Shown piece by piece: positions 21,336-35,278 of a DNA stretch of 64,000 bases (positions are counted from its first letter, which is position 1; each line of letters opens with the position of its first letter). Source of the DNA: Phyllosticta citribraziliensis (lineage: Eukaryota); assembly GCF_038025025.1 (NCBI RefSeq), contig NW_027117351.1:248001-312000 (forward strand). Reading direction: 5' to 3'. The notes under the pieces are model-generated. The model did not search any database, had not been told where the DNA came from, and was given only the letters and a program-made list of their open reading frames with translations. A program made the translations under genes and the position numbers.

Positions 21336-22762
21336 TCACAGCTTGAACAAGTCCTCAAACTTGGGCAGCTCAAAATCACTAGCTCCTGCATTAGAGAAAA
21401 CTCTGAATCCAAGGAGGGCATCCAATCTCGAGAATTTCGGCCCAGGTAGTGAGCTCCACTTACAGAAACTGTGCATACGTCGGCACGTGCTCGTAACGTA
21501 TTTTGTCAGGCATGACCGGTTCGAAGGTGCGGGTGCGCCAGTTCCAGATATGCGTATCGGTATTTCGCGACGTAGGGTCGAAGTACAGATCGATAGGCGG
21601 ACCGGAGACACCGCTCGAGGTTCCTTGGTTGGCAGCAGGTGTGCTCGCGAGAGTTGGGGAAGAGACGATTGTCGCAGACGAGGCCCGTTCGATTGGCGTG
21701 CTGATGGGCAGGGCCGGCGAGCTGGGAACCTTCGGTTGAGGGACGTGCTTCGATGGCTGGATCGTCTCGAAAGTGTCAGCAGTAGCCATTCAACTCGACT
21801 TCCGACCTCTTGGGATGGAAAAGCAAAAATGAACACCGGTTCCCACTGACCTTATCTTGGCGCATCGAGCCTTGCGTGCGGACAGGATTGAAATGGTCGC
21901 ATGGAATAATTATGTCCTCTCGATGAATGACATGACGCGTCACCGGCAGCGGATGGGAATTCTGAAGACGATGCTGGAGCTCTCGTGGTTTGCTGCTTTG
22001 AGAGGGTTTCAATCTCTTTTCTGTTCACATTCTTAGCGACCGAACAGTGACTGCAAGGAGGAAAGCCAACGTCAGTCTGGACAAGACTATAGCCAAATCC
22101 ACGTTGACTCCAATGGTTTCTCAACATATGAATCGAATTCTGACGTGGATGGTGGAGATGGTGAAGTCAAGCCAGACTGGTCGCCGTCCTCAAAGATGAG
22201 GCATGCTCTGGTGGCAAAGTTCATCTTACTTTCGGGTGCCTTCTTCAACATCTTCTTCTTTGCCTTGGTCAAGGTGTGGAGGAATGTTTCGAAAAACTCC
22301 CTCTCCGCGCGGTCCAGTCGCCTTTGGCCGGGCAAATGATGAAACGTCAAACAAAAGTCGAGGTTCTTGCCAGGACGTGCGGCAGACTTTGGCGAGCCCA
22401 TGTCTTCGAACATTGCAATATTAATGTCCTCCGTTGTCTTGAGTCTGCCATTGGGCTTGTTCTTAACAACAGCAGAGGTTGAGGGCGGTGGGTTGGAAGC
22501 GGCAGCTTTTGGTGACATGTCTGGCCTCGATTCGTCGTCACCACCCCCCTGTTGACGGTGACCCTTTGCTGAAAGTCGAGGCACGGGGCTGCCACCCGTG
22601 GTATCATGCGCGCCTGTTCCGCCAACTTGATCTGGCTCATCGTCGAGGTTCAGCAGCTCTCTTTCCATCTTGGCTATCCCATCTTCTTCTGTGGTGTTGT
22701 CGGCGTCGACACGCTCAGCAAGCAGCTGTTCATGAGGCGGAGGATCCTGGGCCGGTTCCATG
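21336..22762 (-). CDS. Hypothetical multi-exon protein (exon structure uncertain)
   Basis: Minus-strand ORFs MEPAQDPPPHEQ... and ...PIDLYFDP...HIWNWRTRTFEP...AQF, followed by a GTAAGT donor and a short last exon LDFELPKFEDLFKL*. Confidence 0.45.
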
Positions 22763-23308
22763 GTCGGGCGCTGACGCCAACATTTGTCGAAGCCGAAGTT
22801 AACAAAACTTGTAAGGTGTATGCTCAAAAAAGAAATGTAGAGAGGCAGATGTTGTTGGCGAGAGTATGTCGTGTTGTCGAACCTCGCGAGACGAGAAGCG
22901 GGCTGTCAGCGGTGGTGGAAGGGGCAGGCGCCGACTTGGAAAGAGCGCGGCAGGCTTTGGCTACAGTACGATGGGAGAGGCACCCAAAATTAAAACGAGA
23001 CCTTTGCACATTGTCTTCGAACAACGAAATCGAGCAAATATGAAAGATACCAACCTTTCCATCCCGCACCAGCTTCACTACAGATTGGTCGCGCACGCCA
23101 ACCTGGAGCCAAAATGGTTGTCGTTGATTCAATCATTACCGACTAGGAGAACGCCCGACACGTTCGCTATGCAGTCCCCATACGCCCCATTCAGCAGCAA
23201 CCCTCAAGGTAAGGTATCCGCAAAGACCCGTCTAGACAAGAGCCCGGCTCCGCCAAAGCCTTGAGCCTCTTTTCGCCAAAAATCATACAGCATCTATCAC
23301 AACGCAAT

Positions 23309-25597
23309 TCAAGACCTAGCCTCTTCCAACTCCAGCTCCAGCTGCCTGATCCTTTCGTCCTTCTCGCCCCCCCTCTCCAACTCCACCAGTCTATGCTTCA
23401 TGGTGTTGACCTCGGCCGTCAAGTGCGCCATTTGCTGCATTTGGCTCGTCATCGCCTGGTTCTGAGTTTGTAGCATGTTCTTGATCTCGGCAAGTTGGTC
23501 CTTGATTCCTGCCGCCGCAGCACTGGCCGCACCAGATACACTCCGCCTCTCCTCCCGGGCGGGCGGAGTCGCCGCTGGAGCCTCTGCGGGAGCTGGCTCG
23601 GGCGCTTGGGCAACCTCAGGACCGCGAGTCTTTTCCTCCACACGCGCGGTGACATTGGGCCGTTCAGCGGGCTTGGGAATCTCCTCGAAGCTCGATGCCT
23701 CATCCGCAGACGACTCGGCTTCGTCCTTGTCAGCGAACTTGGCCGCTGCGTTGGCCATGCTTGTCTTGTTCTCGTTGACTGATGGAGCAGGGGCTCGAGC
23801 TGCGGCTGCAGGAGCAGGCGTGGGCTCAGGCTTTGGCTCAGGCTGAGGCTCAGCTTTTGGCTCAACCTTTGGTTCCTGCTTCGGCTCGACCTTGGGAGCG
23901 GGCGCAGAGTTGGGCTTGGGCACCGCTTCGGCGGGTACCTCAACTGGGGCCTCGCCCTCGTACGTGGCCTCCAGAGAAAACTTGGGAGGCACGGCTTCCT
24001 TTCCAGCAAAGTACTCGCTCGAAGACATGCCTGGCTTGAGGCCGACACAAGGAGGGTAAATGTCACCCTGGAAGACCTCGGCACGTCTAGGGACGATGAA
24101 GGAAACAGGCTCAATATAGGAGTCGTTGACGGTCTTGTACGCGCGCATGACTTCATTTTCGTGGAGCTGAACATGTTAGATATGGTTTTTGTCCTTTTGG
24201 CTCGAGACTCACATTGACGCCGCGCTTGGGCAAAAAGGCGATGCCGCGCTGCGGTTCGATCGACTTGTACTCGGAAAGGAATTGGAACTTGTCGTTTTCG
24301 TACTCAAAGTACCGGATGTTGCCGTCACTGTAGCCGGTTAGTTGCGCCTCGTCACGTGTGATGCTCGACTTACCCCTTGCCCGCAAGGTAGAGACATTGA
24401 GTGCCGTCGTCCCAGAATGGCATGCACACGCCAGAGATGGAGTCGAGAATTTCGAAACCGTTCAATGGCTCCCGAGCAGCCCTGACGTCCCACAAACCGA
24501 GTTGGCGGTCGCTCATCTTGGAGAAGCCGGTGGTGGCTATCCTATCCAGCTCTCCCATCCACACAGCACGGCTGTTCTTGGCACCAGAGTGACCCTGACC
24601 TTCGTGCGCAGGCCTCTCCTGGCGCACATCCCAGATTCTCAGCTTCTTGTCTCTGCTCGTAGAGACGAGGTATGCGCCGTTGGCGCTGAATGACAAAGAT
24701 TGGACGATGTCTGGGTGCTTCAAAGTAATTTTGGGGGAGCCAGCTTCAACGTCCCAAAGCTTGACGGTGTAATCGCCCGATGACGAGGCAAGGACATTTT
24801 CAGCGGATGGGTTGAAGAGGACGTGTCCAACTTTTCTTCCCAGTCGTTAGTGCTGCCCGACGGAGAAGAGCTCGATAACCTACCTCGTGTGGCCTGTCAA
24901 TTTGGCGACAGGCGCGACATCTTCAGGTTCCTCTGCTTCGCTGTAGAGGGAAAAGTTCTCGGGGACTTGCCAGATGAAGACCTAGCCAGAATTAGTCCCA
25001 ACAGGCGCATCGCAGGCAGAGGCGCGTGCGTACCTTGCCATCATCGGAACCCGAGGCGACGATGTTGTCGTTGAAAGTATTCCTGCAGGCCATCAGCACG
25101 CAAAGTCCCCATTGTTGCTATTGTGAGACAACCCACCAATCCGTGTCCAAGACGGGTCCAGTGTGACCACGAAACAGCGGTATAATCTCCGGCAACTTGC
25201 CACGCTCCTGGAGCGGGATGACAGCGAAAGCGCCTCCGCCACCAGACTCGTAGTTGACCGAGAGGTATTTGGGGTTGGCCTGGAGCTGCCGTCAGCGCCT
25301 GAAGCAGCCAGGGGGCGGTCTGCGCGGGGGAGAGCGGACCTTGATCAGGTTGGTGTCCCAGGCATTCTTTGAGATTTTGAGGTTATCATAGCATTGTTCC
25401 TGGGGACGCGTGTCAGGTGGCGGACGGTCATCGAGAGTCGCATAGGGCGCGCTCGGGGTTGGGTTCGGTTGGGTACCTTCTTCGTCGAGCGTCCGAAGAC
25501 GTGACCTTTTGGACGACGCGGATCAGCGAGTGTCAATGCAGCAGAGTGGTGTAGACGACGTACGGTACTTGGAAGCTCTGACGAAGCGGCCGGACAT
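23309..25597 (-). CDS. CRN1: Coronin (WD40 actin-binding protein with C-terminal coiled coil), multi-exon
   Basis: MSGRFVRASKY|RHVFG..., GHSGAKNSRAVW, YLAGKG|DGNIRYFEY, PQRGIAFLPKRGVN, IEPVSFIVPRRAEVFQGDIYPP, C-terminal coiled coil. Confidence 0.95.
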
Positions 25598-27746
25598 CGG
25601 GGACGGATGAGGGGGTATGGGAGTGCAGGCAAGGGAGAAAGAATATAGAAACGTGGAGGAGAGGAGGCAGAACAGCAGCAAGCGAAGCGAACCCCAGAGC
25701 TGTGATGGTCCAGGTCAAGTCGGCGAGCGTCGCAAGGGACAATCCTGGGACGAACACCCGACGGGGGGACGCATCTTGGCACCGGCGCCCAGGCATTATC
25801 CTCCGCCATCCACCTCTCATCCACTCCCGTCACGTCCACCTTCAACTCGAAAACGTCTAGCTGCAGCTGTTCGTCATGCTGCGCTGCCATCGCCTCTGGT
25901 TGTCGGACTCAGCACGGTTGCGCCACGTCGACATCCACTCGACATCCCACCAGTTTCACGACTACACAGCCGGCCACTCGATCTGGACTTGGACTCGATC
26001 GATGTGTCTCCATTGCAACTGCTGGACACTTTTGGCGCATTGATAACGGCTAATTTGAAGCTCCATCAGCTCCGTCCTCAATCCCCACTATCAAACCAAA
26101 TCGATGCCAGCTGTCAGCCCTTTCTAGCGTCTACATTGAAATGCCACGGCTACTCACAGCCCTCACCCACCCCATTATCTCTCGAGGTTCCCAAAGGCCC
26201 TCAGTTCACGCCTCGCCCACACCTCCATCGCTTGAGACGATGCGCTCTTTGGCCTGCTCGCGCTCCATCGCCAACATGTCGTTGGACTGCCTGCCAACGG
26301 CGTATTCGCTCTCCTAAATCAGAGCATTATCCGTTCAGAAAGCCAGGATTCACGTGATGTCGTGGCGTGTTAAACTTTACGTCTGTTTCGATATACAGAT
26401 AAAACCTCCTCGTAGTTTCCGTCAACCTCACCCTACGCACGCATCAACCGCTTCCAGCGGCGCGAATCTTTGGACCAACAACCAACCCATGCCTGTCCAC
26501 AGGTTCAAGGCCACATACTGAGAGCTTCACAGCTTTCCCGCATGCTGTACACCATGACTGTAATTTCAGCCTGTGCGACTTGGTCACCGATATAAATGTT
26601 CTCCTACTCCCGCCACCAAAGCGCTAGCGCCGGAACGGCTACCAACAGACCAATAAAGCCACCAAGGGTTTAGCTCGCCTCCTACGTCCTCGTCTCCTAA
26701 AACGGTAGCTCAGGACGGCAAAGACTTGACATTTGTGCACTCGGTTGCGTCGTACTCGACCGTCTGGCCGCTTTTGCATCCTCAATTCACGCGTGGTTTC
26801 GAGATCCTGGTTGGCGGCGCTCGACTTCCCTAACATGGTTCGCGCATGGACGACGCTGAATTGCAGCAGCAAAACGAATCAAAGCACCGCCATCAAACTC
26901 GTGAACTTCAGCTGCCTCTCCCTCGGGACGCGCCCCTCCAATCCGTGGGGGTTGGGACACGCCCGGGTAAGGCGGCATCATGATGAAAACTAGAGCACGC
27001 TACCGATTCTCACCGCTCCCAACCTGACAAGGAAACACGACCATTGGACCGAATCTCAACTGGACAGCTTCGAGTTCCAAGGCCAGATGTTGTTCTGCGA
27101 TCATTCCAAGATGTTCGCCCCTGTTTTCAACATTGCCGAGGAATGACCGGGCGGCGTGAGGCTGCACCAGCTGTCTTGTATTTTTGTGCAGCGCTGCCGC
27201 GTCACCATCTGTGGCTTGCCATCAACTCCATTTTCCTGGTGGCTCACAACTGGTTTTGTGGTCTGCCATCTCTGGATTCTGATTCTTGACGCGCGGATCG
27301 AGCCGACCAAAGCGGGTCGTGCGAACAGGCTCCACTCCGCCTTGCGTTGAGAAGCCCGAGTGGCTTGAAATCCAGGGCTGTGGTTGAGCGTCTTCAGGCC
27401 TTTTCAAGGCCCTCGATTCCTGTCCGGTTCAACGACCACGCTCCCGCCCCAGCCATTGTCCTGCTGTCGTCATCATCCTGGCATCTTCTCAAAAGTACCG
27501 TTGCGCGTTCCAGCATATCGATTGCTGAAAATACCCACTTCGCCGCGCAACTAGTGCGCCGCTGGGCCAACTATAGATCCGAGTTGGCCGTCCATGAAGG
27601 GGTCCTTTTTTCTCGGCGCGGGGAAGATGGTCATTCTCCGAGAATAACTTCTCGGCCATGGAATCTTCGATTCTTCCATGTCCACCCTTTTCCCTTCTCT
27701 CAGCAGCTCGTTGCGCTGTGGCTCGCCCTAGCCGCGCGCGTTTTGG

Positions 27747-30700
27747 ATGATGCATCTTCGTCTTTGGGCCCGTCTGTCGTTACCGCTTCTTCACCTCCTG
27801 AATCTTGCCACCGCTCAAGATTCCCTCGAAGACGATACTGGACTGTCTTCATTTGTAACAGTAGGTCGATTCATCACTACTTTCTATAATCGTTGCTTGT
27901 GCTAGCTATTCATGGGCACAGCGAGGCTGATTCGAACAGCGGCCTGATCTGAGAGCCCCTAAGCTGGCTGTCAGGGTTGTCAATAAAACAGCAGTGAGCC
28001 CAGGATACCATTTCGTGGCCCCATACAACACCAACAATGACTGGGAATCCCACAAGACGCCCTTGATCGAAGCTTGTCAAGTAGGGCCACACATTTACGA
28101 CAACAATGGAGAACTCATCTGGAGTGGCGCTTGCCTGTTTCGCAACGAGAACGGCTTTGACTTCAAGGCAATCCATTATGACAACAAGACCTACTTGAGC
28201 CTGGACAATGTCCGTGGAGATCCCAGCCTGTACGGCGCAGGAATCATCTTGTCGGATCAGTACAAGATTATCAAGGATGTCCAGATGGCCGAGCACACCA
28301 ACCAATTCGACCAGCACGAGTTTGCAGTCTTCGAAGACGGGAAGAGGGCCCTCTATTCAACATCGGACTTGCGTGACATGGACGGCGACTCCATTGGTCT
28401 CGGCCGCAATTCCCAGACTCGAGTCCACAGCACCGGTTTCAAAGAGGTCGACATTTCGGGTGAAAATCCCAAGACCATTTTCGATTGGCAAGGCGCGGAT
28501 CACGTACCACTAGAAGAGAGCACTTTCGCCTGGCCAGAAGAAGCGGATCCGTACGGCAAGGGATGGGATTATCTCCACCTGAACTCGGTCGACAAATTTC
28601 CCAATGGCGACTACCTGGTTTCTTTTCGATACACCAACTCGCTGATGCGGCTTTCCGGTGGAAACGGCGATGTCTTGTGGAGACTGGGTGGCAAAAGATC
28701 GGACTTTGACACCAAGGATTTCGTCTTTTCCAGGCAGCATCACGGCCGCATCATCACTTCGAACGAAACGCACACTATTCTTTCATTTTTTGATAATGCC
28801 TCGAGCAGCCAGAATTCCGACAAGGGCGTCACGACTGCCGATAGAAGCTCGGCATACGTTATCCAGCTCAGTCATGACCCCAACGACAAAGGCTCTTGGA
28901 CTGCTACGCCCTTGCGCCACTTTGAACGGCCAGACTGGCGATACACTCGGCTGCGCGGCTCAATGCAAATTCTTCCAGGCTCCGAATCTTCAAGCCTCGA
29001 GCACGACACGACCGACGACTGGACAAAATCGAACGCATTTGTCTCATGGTCCGACCATGGCTACGCCACCGAGTTCTCACCTGCCGGAGACGTCGTCATG
29101 GAGACGCAGTTTGTCAGCAGGCGCTTTGACACGTACCGCGCGTTCAAGATGGTCGGATTTGTTGGACGGCCCACCGAACCTCCCGCGTTGAAAGCTTTGG
29201 TATACGGTGACATTCTCCCGGGCCAGGGCAGCGGCGTCGGCCCATTCACCGTCGTCTACATTAGCTGGAACGGTGCCACAGAAGTCCGCGCGTGGAGGGT
29301 GTACGGGAAAATCGTCAAAGACGCCGCTGAGCCTGGCTCGCAGACTACCACCTCCTCCGCGTCTCCTACCACGGAATCGTCCAGTCTCTTTCGCTTTGCG
29401 CGCAGCATCAGATCAGTAGCGGTTCCGTCGTCAGCGAAGGAGGAGGGCGAGAGCCAGCCTCGTTCGACACGCTTTGCGTATCTCGGCACGTACCGCAAGA
29501 CTGGGTTCGAGACGGCCATCACCATTCCTGGCGCAGTGTCCTACCTGTGGGCCGAAGCGCTTGATTCGGAGGGCAGCAAGATCGGCCAGTCGAGCGTTGC
29601 CAGAGGCATTGTCCCTGGAGTATCAATCGCGGCATGGGAAGAAGCCGAATCAACAAACTCAACCGCCAACAGCAGCAGCACCTCGAGCGCGTCGGATCTC
29701 TCGCTCGACTTCGACACCGATGCCGACGCGGCGGCCTTCTCCACAGACCTGACGCTCTCGGAGTCTTCATCGCCATTCTACTCGACGACTGAGGATTCGT
29801 CAGACGTCTCTCCTGCCATTGCCCTGGCACCGCTCACCTTCCCTTCAGCCTTCCCCCACGGATGGGGCTACGGCGACACAGAAGCCGGCGCCAAATCCGA
29901 TCAAGAGGAGGCAAAGAGCTGGTGGGAGAGCCACGAGGGGAACAAGTACGAGCTCACCGTCTCGCGCAACACGGCTGCAATCGTCGTCGGCGCCGTGCTC
30001 GTGCTGCTGCTCTGCCTGCTGGCCGCACTGGTATGGACGGGTCTGCAGATGTGGCAGTTGCGCAAGCGACGACATGGTACAAATTTGCCGCTCGCCGTGC
30101 GCAGACGCCGCCAACTCGGGCACAACTCGAGCACCAGCTCCCTCGACAGCACCGGCCCTTCACATCCTGGACCCAACTCTGGAGGCCCGTCGCAAGGGGC
30201 GCAACGGCCGTGGTGGCGCGCCGCCTTCTTCTGGCGCCCCCGCCGCCCGAGCAGCCGCTACGAGCGCGTCCTCGACCACGACCTCGACGAGGAGGAAATC
30301 GACATGGACACGTGGGACGACGTTGGCGCCAACGTGCCTCTCTACCAGCCACAGCATCAGCATCAGCAACACCACCACCCTATCTCCGCATCGTCCATCC
30401 AGCGCCGCGAAATGGCGCAAGTCCGCCACCCCGTCGCGCCGCCGCCGCTGCAAGGCCACGACCTGGGCGCCGGCGGCATGCGCATGGCCGGGCACGTCCA
30501 CGCCGAAGCATCAGCATCAGCGTCAGCGTCGTCTTCGGCGTCGGCGCCGCCGTTGCCCCTGATCTATCAAATCGCGGAGCGCGAGCGCGGCCGCAAGGCG
30601 TCGAGTAGCGGTGGTGCTGGAGAACAGGGCCACGCAGAGCAGAGCAAGCACAAACACAAGACGCCGCCGGGGCGGTACAAGCGCGGGCGGTCGTTCACAA

Positions 30701-30969
30701 CGGAGCAGGTGGAGGGGGAGGGGATCGGGGAGGGGTGGGTTAAGCATCGGGGCGCGGGTCTGGCGCAGCAGCAGCAGCAGCAGAGCGGAGGCCACGGAGG
30801 AACGACGGCGACAGCGACTGGAGGAAAAGGCAAAGCAGCCAGAGACGAGGATGAAGATGACGACGAGGGATGGGGCAGCAGCAGCGCGGGGAAGAGGAGG
30901 GCGTTTGGCGCGGGTGGACGAGGGCGCGAGGGGGCGAGTGGAGGGCAGGCTGCGGAAGAGCTGGAGTGA
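27747..30969 (+). CDS. Type-I membrane arylsulfotransferase (ASST)-like protein; intron 27861-27939
   Basis: Signal peptide MMHLRLWARLSLPLLHLLNLATAQ; SFVT|RPDLRAPKL; ASST motifs DQHEF, WDYLHLNSVDK, WRLGGKRSDF, FSRQHHGR, FDNA, YISWNGATEV, GFET; TM helix AAIVVGAVLVLLLCLLAALVW; long low-complexity cytosolic tail. Confidence 0.9.
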
Positions 30970-33038
30970 TGGGGGTATACATAGTGCATGTGTGTATGGG
31001 GTGTCGTGACGCCGTGGAGAACAGAGAAAAGGGGGTTATGTCTGCATGTGTAAACATACGTAGGGTGAGAGAGAGGTAGTAGGCCTTGTTGGAGCACCGG
31101 CATGTTGGCTGGTGCTTGTAGACTTAGCCAGTGTCTCAGGACAGCAGGTTGGAAGAATCATTGAGCGTTCAAAGATGAAGAGTTGCTGCGCAAAAGGAGA
31201 CGCAAGTCTTCGCGACCATCGTCTTCACGGCAGACTTGCTTGTATTGAGGAAAAGGAAGAAGCGACAATGGTGGAAGTTGCGGATGCGAGATCGTTTCTT
31301 TCACGCCTACAATGCTTTCTTCCGCCCGAAGCGAGGTGCGGTCAAGTGAGGTTGTCCAGGCGAACGTACCACGGTAGCACAAAAGACTTGCACCTTGACA
31401 TGTCGAGTCTCCCGTTCCCCAGGTGACGTCCTCATCCCCTCCCCTGCCCTCACCACGCGCCCACGTCAAAGAACCCAACTCGAGTCCCCGCAAAGAAAAG
31501 ACAACGAAAAATGAGGGCGCTCCGGCAACGACGCCGTTCAAGACCCTTCCGTGAACCCAATTACCCACACACCAGACTCTTTTTCTGTTTCACGCGCTCA
31601 GTGTCATGCCACACGGCGCGATTGGCTCGGCCGGCATTGTCATTGTTTGCTGCAGCGCATTGTCCGCGGTCAGGCGGGCCGCACTGCATTGCGCTGCGGC
31701 GCTGCGAGGGCAGTGTGCGCGTTTCATATGCTCATGGCGTTGTGAGGGAGAGGGGGGAAGAAGGCAACGATTAAACAAGGGGAAGAAGCGAAGGCTGGTC
31801 AAAGAGACTCCGTCGTCGGCTGCGCCAAGGTCGGCGGGGGAGGAAGGGAGCGAGGGGATAACGGAAACGAGACGGCGGGCGAGCCGGCGAGGGCGGCGCA
31901 AACAATGATGATGGCGGCAACGACATGGACAACAACGGCGCGGGCGACATGGCGAGGTACGGACTGGTGCGGTGCTACCTACGTCATGGCAACAATTTGG
32001 GTTTGTGTGAGGGCGCCGTTGAAGACAATCGATCCAGACGACGAGGGTGAGATGGACGGTTGGGAGAAGCACGCGTCGAGGCTGACTGTGTCGCCGTGAT
32101 GGGTTTGGGGAGTGTGTAAGAGGAGGGAGGACTAGCGAGGAGCGTGTACCTGAGGTAAGGTGCTCCTATGTGTGTGCCTGTAGCAAACAAGGCTCGGTGA
32201 AGGAACAGCGCGCGCGCGCGGGCAGGGCGTGTTTGGGGCGTGGAGTCTATGCATCCTTTGCGTCGGGACCGACGGCCGGGTGACGTTGGGCGTGGGTGAG
32301 AGGATGGCTTTGTGCTGAATATGCATGGCCGAGTTCATGTTGGCAAGGAGAGAGAGGCGGTATCCGTGGCGGCATGCGGTGGCTGCTTGGTTGGTTGCGA
32401 GTCGAGAGTCGTCTCTTGTGGCGACCGACGTGTTTACTCGATCCATTACTGATGCACGACGTCAAGATGCGAAAGAGGACGAAGTTGGGCGAAGAAAGAG
32501 TGCATTGATCAGGTCGGGCCAAGTCTGACCGACTGTCATTTGCGACAACTGGAACCATGTATTCGTCGCCGTCTGACAGCCGTCAAATCCTTTGAGAGGG
32601 TGATGTAGTGGAGTCGTCGGGTGGGGTGCGCAGTGCGGAGTAGTAGTGTAGGGAGTGCTGTCTGTCTGTCGTCTCCAAAGGCCAAAGGGCTGACGGATCA
32701 TCGGGCTGGGCCTTTCCTTGCCCTGACCGTCGTCGTCCCTAACTGATTCCGACCAACCTCTTCACAACCACCACAACCACCACCACTCCACTCCACTCCA
32801 AAAGCCACGCCTCTCTTACTTTGCAATCACCGCGCTTCCAATCTAAAAACGGCCTTGGCCAATTTGTCCTGTCTCTGCGCCCGTGCTCGCCGTCCTCAAA
32901 CCCTAGCGTCATCCTTCCTCCTACAGCACACCCCCCGGCCACCACGTCTCCTCGCTCCACTACAACGGCCTGCCGTCCGCTCTCCTAATCTGCTGCCCGG
33001 CCCTGTTCCAAACACCTCGAGCCAAAACACCATTCTCG

Positions 33039-33058
33039 CCCCCCCCCCCCCCCCCCCC
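33039..33058. repeat. Poly-C tract upstream of the F-box gene
   Basis: Run of ~20 C. Confidence 0.9.
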
Positions 33059-33112
33059 GGCCACCGTCTGCTCTGCTGAAGACACGACTCCCGCTTCGAC
33101 TCCCTTGTCGTC

Positions 33113-35278
33113 ATGGAACATGACTATACCACACACGTCGACGATGCCACCTCGGACATGGAGATGCAGCTGAGCGGCGAGCACGACATCTCCCTGTCGC
33201 CGAAAAGAACTTCGGCCACCTCGTCGCTCTTCAACGCCTCGCCCACCTCGCGCACTCGGAAACGCGGCGTCATGTCCCGTTCGCAGCCACGCCCTATACA
33301 CACTCCCACCTCGCCCGTTTCGTCGACCCTCCCGCACAACCTCCTGCCTTCGGCGCCAGCATCGCCGCCCACACCGGCCCCGAGTCCGACGCCGACGCAG
33401 CGCGCTCCAGACTGGAGCACTGCGGCCGAGCACGAGGACGCCCAGGTCAGGAGCATTCGGGCCCTTTTCAGCGACATGAACGATGCCGAAAAGTGTCGGT
33501 TGCTGGGCGAGCTATTGAATATATGCAACTCGAATCAGTTGAGCTTTGTTCACGATTTCGTCAGCCCGAGGCTGAAGAAGGACCCTTTCCAAATCTTGCC
33601 CAATGAGCTGTGCCTTCGCGTATGCTTTGCGCCCCTCGCGACTCTCGGCCGCGCCTGCTGACCTTTTCCAGATATTGACCTTTGTCGATGACCCCACCAC
33701 TCTCGCTCGCTCCTCCCAGGTCTCGCGGCGGTGGCATGAGCTCGTCAACGATGACATGGCGTGGAAGTCGCTGTGTGAAAAGCACGCTTACCGCCGACTC
33801 TCCGATGCTGACGACTCTGCGTACCGCCCCGCACCCGTCAACTCGCTGACTCCAGGCGGCTCGCCCATGCACTCGCATCAGTGGAGATACGGAACGACGA
33901 GACCATACATTGCACCGACCGCCGGCCCCGCAAGCAGCGCAACAGATTTGCGCACCCAGAGCCTAGACCGCGTGGGCACCGCAAAGGTTGCGAGACGGAA
34001 AAACAAGGCTACGACCTACAGGTCGCATTTCAAGCAGCGCTACATGGTGGAGACGGCCTGGAGATCCGGGGGTCGCTGCGACTCGCGGCAAATCACACCA
34101 GACCAGGGTGTGGTGACGAGTCTGCACCTCACGGACAAGTACATTGTCGTGGCTCTTGACAACGCCAAGATCCACGTCTTTGACACGGATGGACAGCACC
34201 AAAAGACGCTGCAGGGCCACGTTATGGGCGTGTGGGCAATGGTGCCTTGGGACGACATTCTCGTCAGCGGCGGCTGTGATCGAGACGTGCGGGTATGGAA
34301 CATGGCGACAGGGTGAGTAGACGCGCAATTTGCCGGTTTTGCAAACGCTGACTTGTACAGTGCGGCTGTCCACACTCTGCGAGGACACACGTCGACCGTT
34401 CGTTGCTTGAAAATGTCAGACGCAAACACGGCCATCTCGGGGTCGAGGGACACCACCTTGCGCATTTGGGACATTCAAAAAGGAATCTGCCGACATGTGC
34501 TCGTAGGACACCAGGCGAGTGTGCGATGCCTCGAAATACACGGAAACCTGGTTGTTTCGGGTAGCTACGACACGACGGCACGCATTTGGAGCATCTCCGA
34601 GGGAAGGTGCCTCAGGACGTTGACCGGCCACTTTAGCCAGATTTATGCCATTGCATTTGATGGCAAGAGGATAGCGACGGGAAGTTTGGACACGAGTGTG
34701 AGGATTTGGGACCCCAACGACGGACGCTGTCTCGGTCTGCTACAAGGCCACACGTCGCTCGTCGGCCAGCTGCAGATGCGAGGAGATGTCTTGGTGACGG
34801 GAGGGTCGGACGGCTCAGTGCGCGTGTGGTCGTTGAACGAATACCAGCCGATCCACCGGCTAGCTGCACACGATAATAGTGTTACGAGCTTGCAGTTTGA
34901 CGACACGCGGATCGTGTCTGGCGGCAGTGATGGCCGAGTCAAGGTCTGGAACCTGCGGACAGGCACACTCGTCCGCGAGCTCAGCCAGCCGGCCGAGGCG
35001 GTTTGGCGTGTCGTCTTTGAAGAGGAGAAGGCGGTGGTGATGGCGAGCAGAGGCGGCAAGACTGTCATGGAGGTACGTCGATTAAAAGAATCCGGTTTGC
35101 AACTAGCTGACACAAACAGGTCTGGAGCTTCTCCCCGCCTGACGAGGAAGAAGAAGGATACCGGTCTAGCAGTCCGCTCAGCCTGCCCGAGTACGGCAAC
35201 CAAGCGTCAGCAGCAGTCGCAGCAATCGAGCCTGCCGACATTTCCATGGCCGATGCCGGTGTGGAAACAGTTGACTGA
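33113..35278 (+). CDS. F-box/WD40 protein (Cdc4/Fbw7/SEL-10-like SCF substrate receptor); introns ~33620-33671, ~34313-34360, ~35073-35119
   Basis: Dimerisation-like helix, F-box DPFQILPNELCLR|ILTFVDDP..SQVSRRW, and about seven WD40 repeats (GHVMGVW, GHTSTVRCL, GHQASVRCL, GHFSQIYAI, GHTSLVGQL, AHDNSVTSL). Confidence 0.92.

Noticed and set aside
22820..22975. Another B-box-like motif (AGGTTCGACA) on the minus strand
   Set aside because: Poor A box and no terminal stem; compatible with chance.
31000..33000. Coding genes in the ASST to F-box intergenic region
   Set aside because: Only short low-complexity ORFs with no recognisable motifs.
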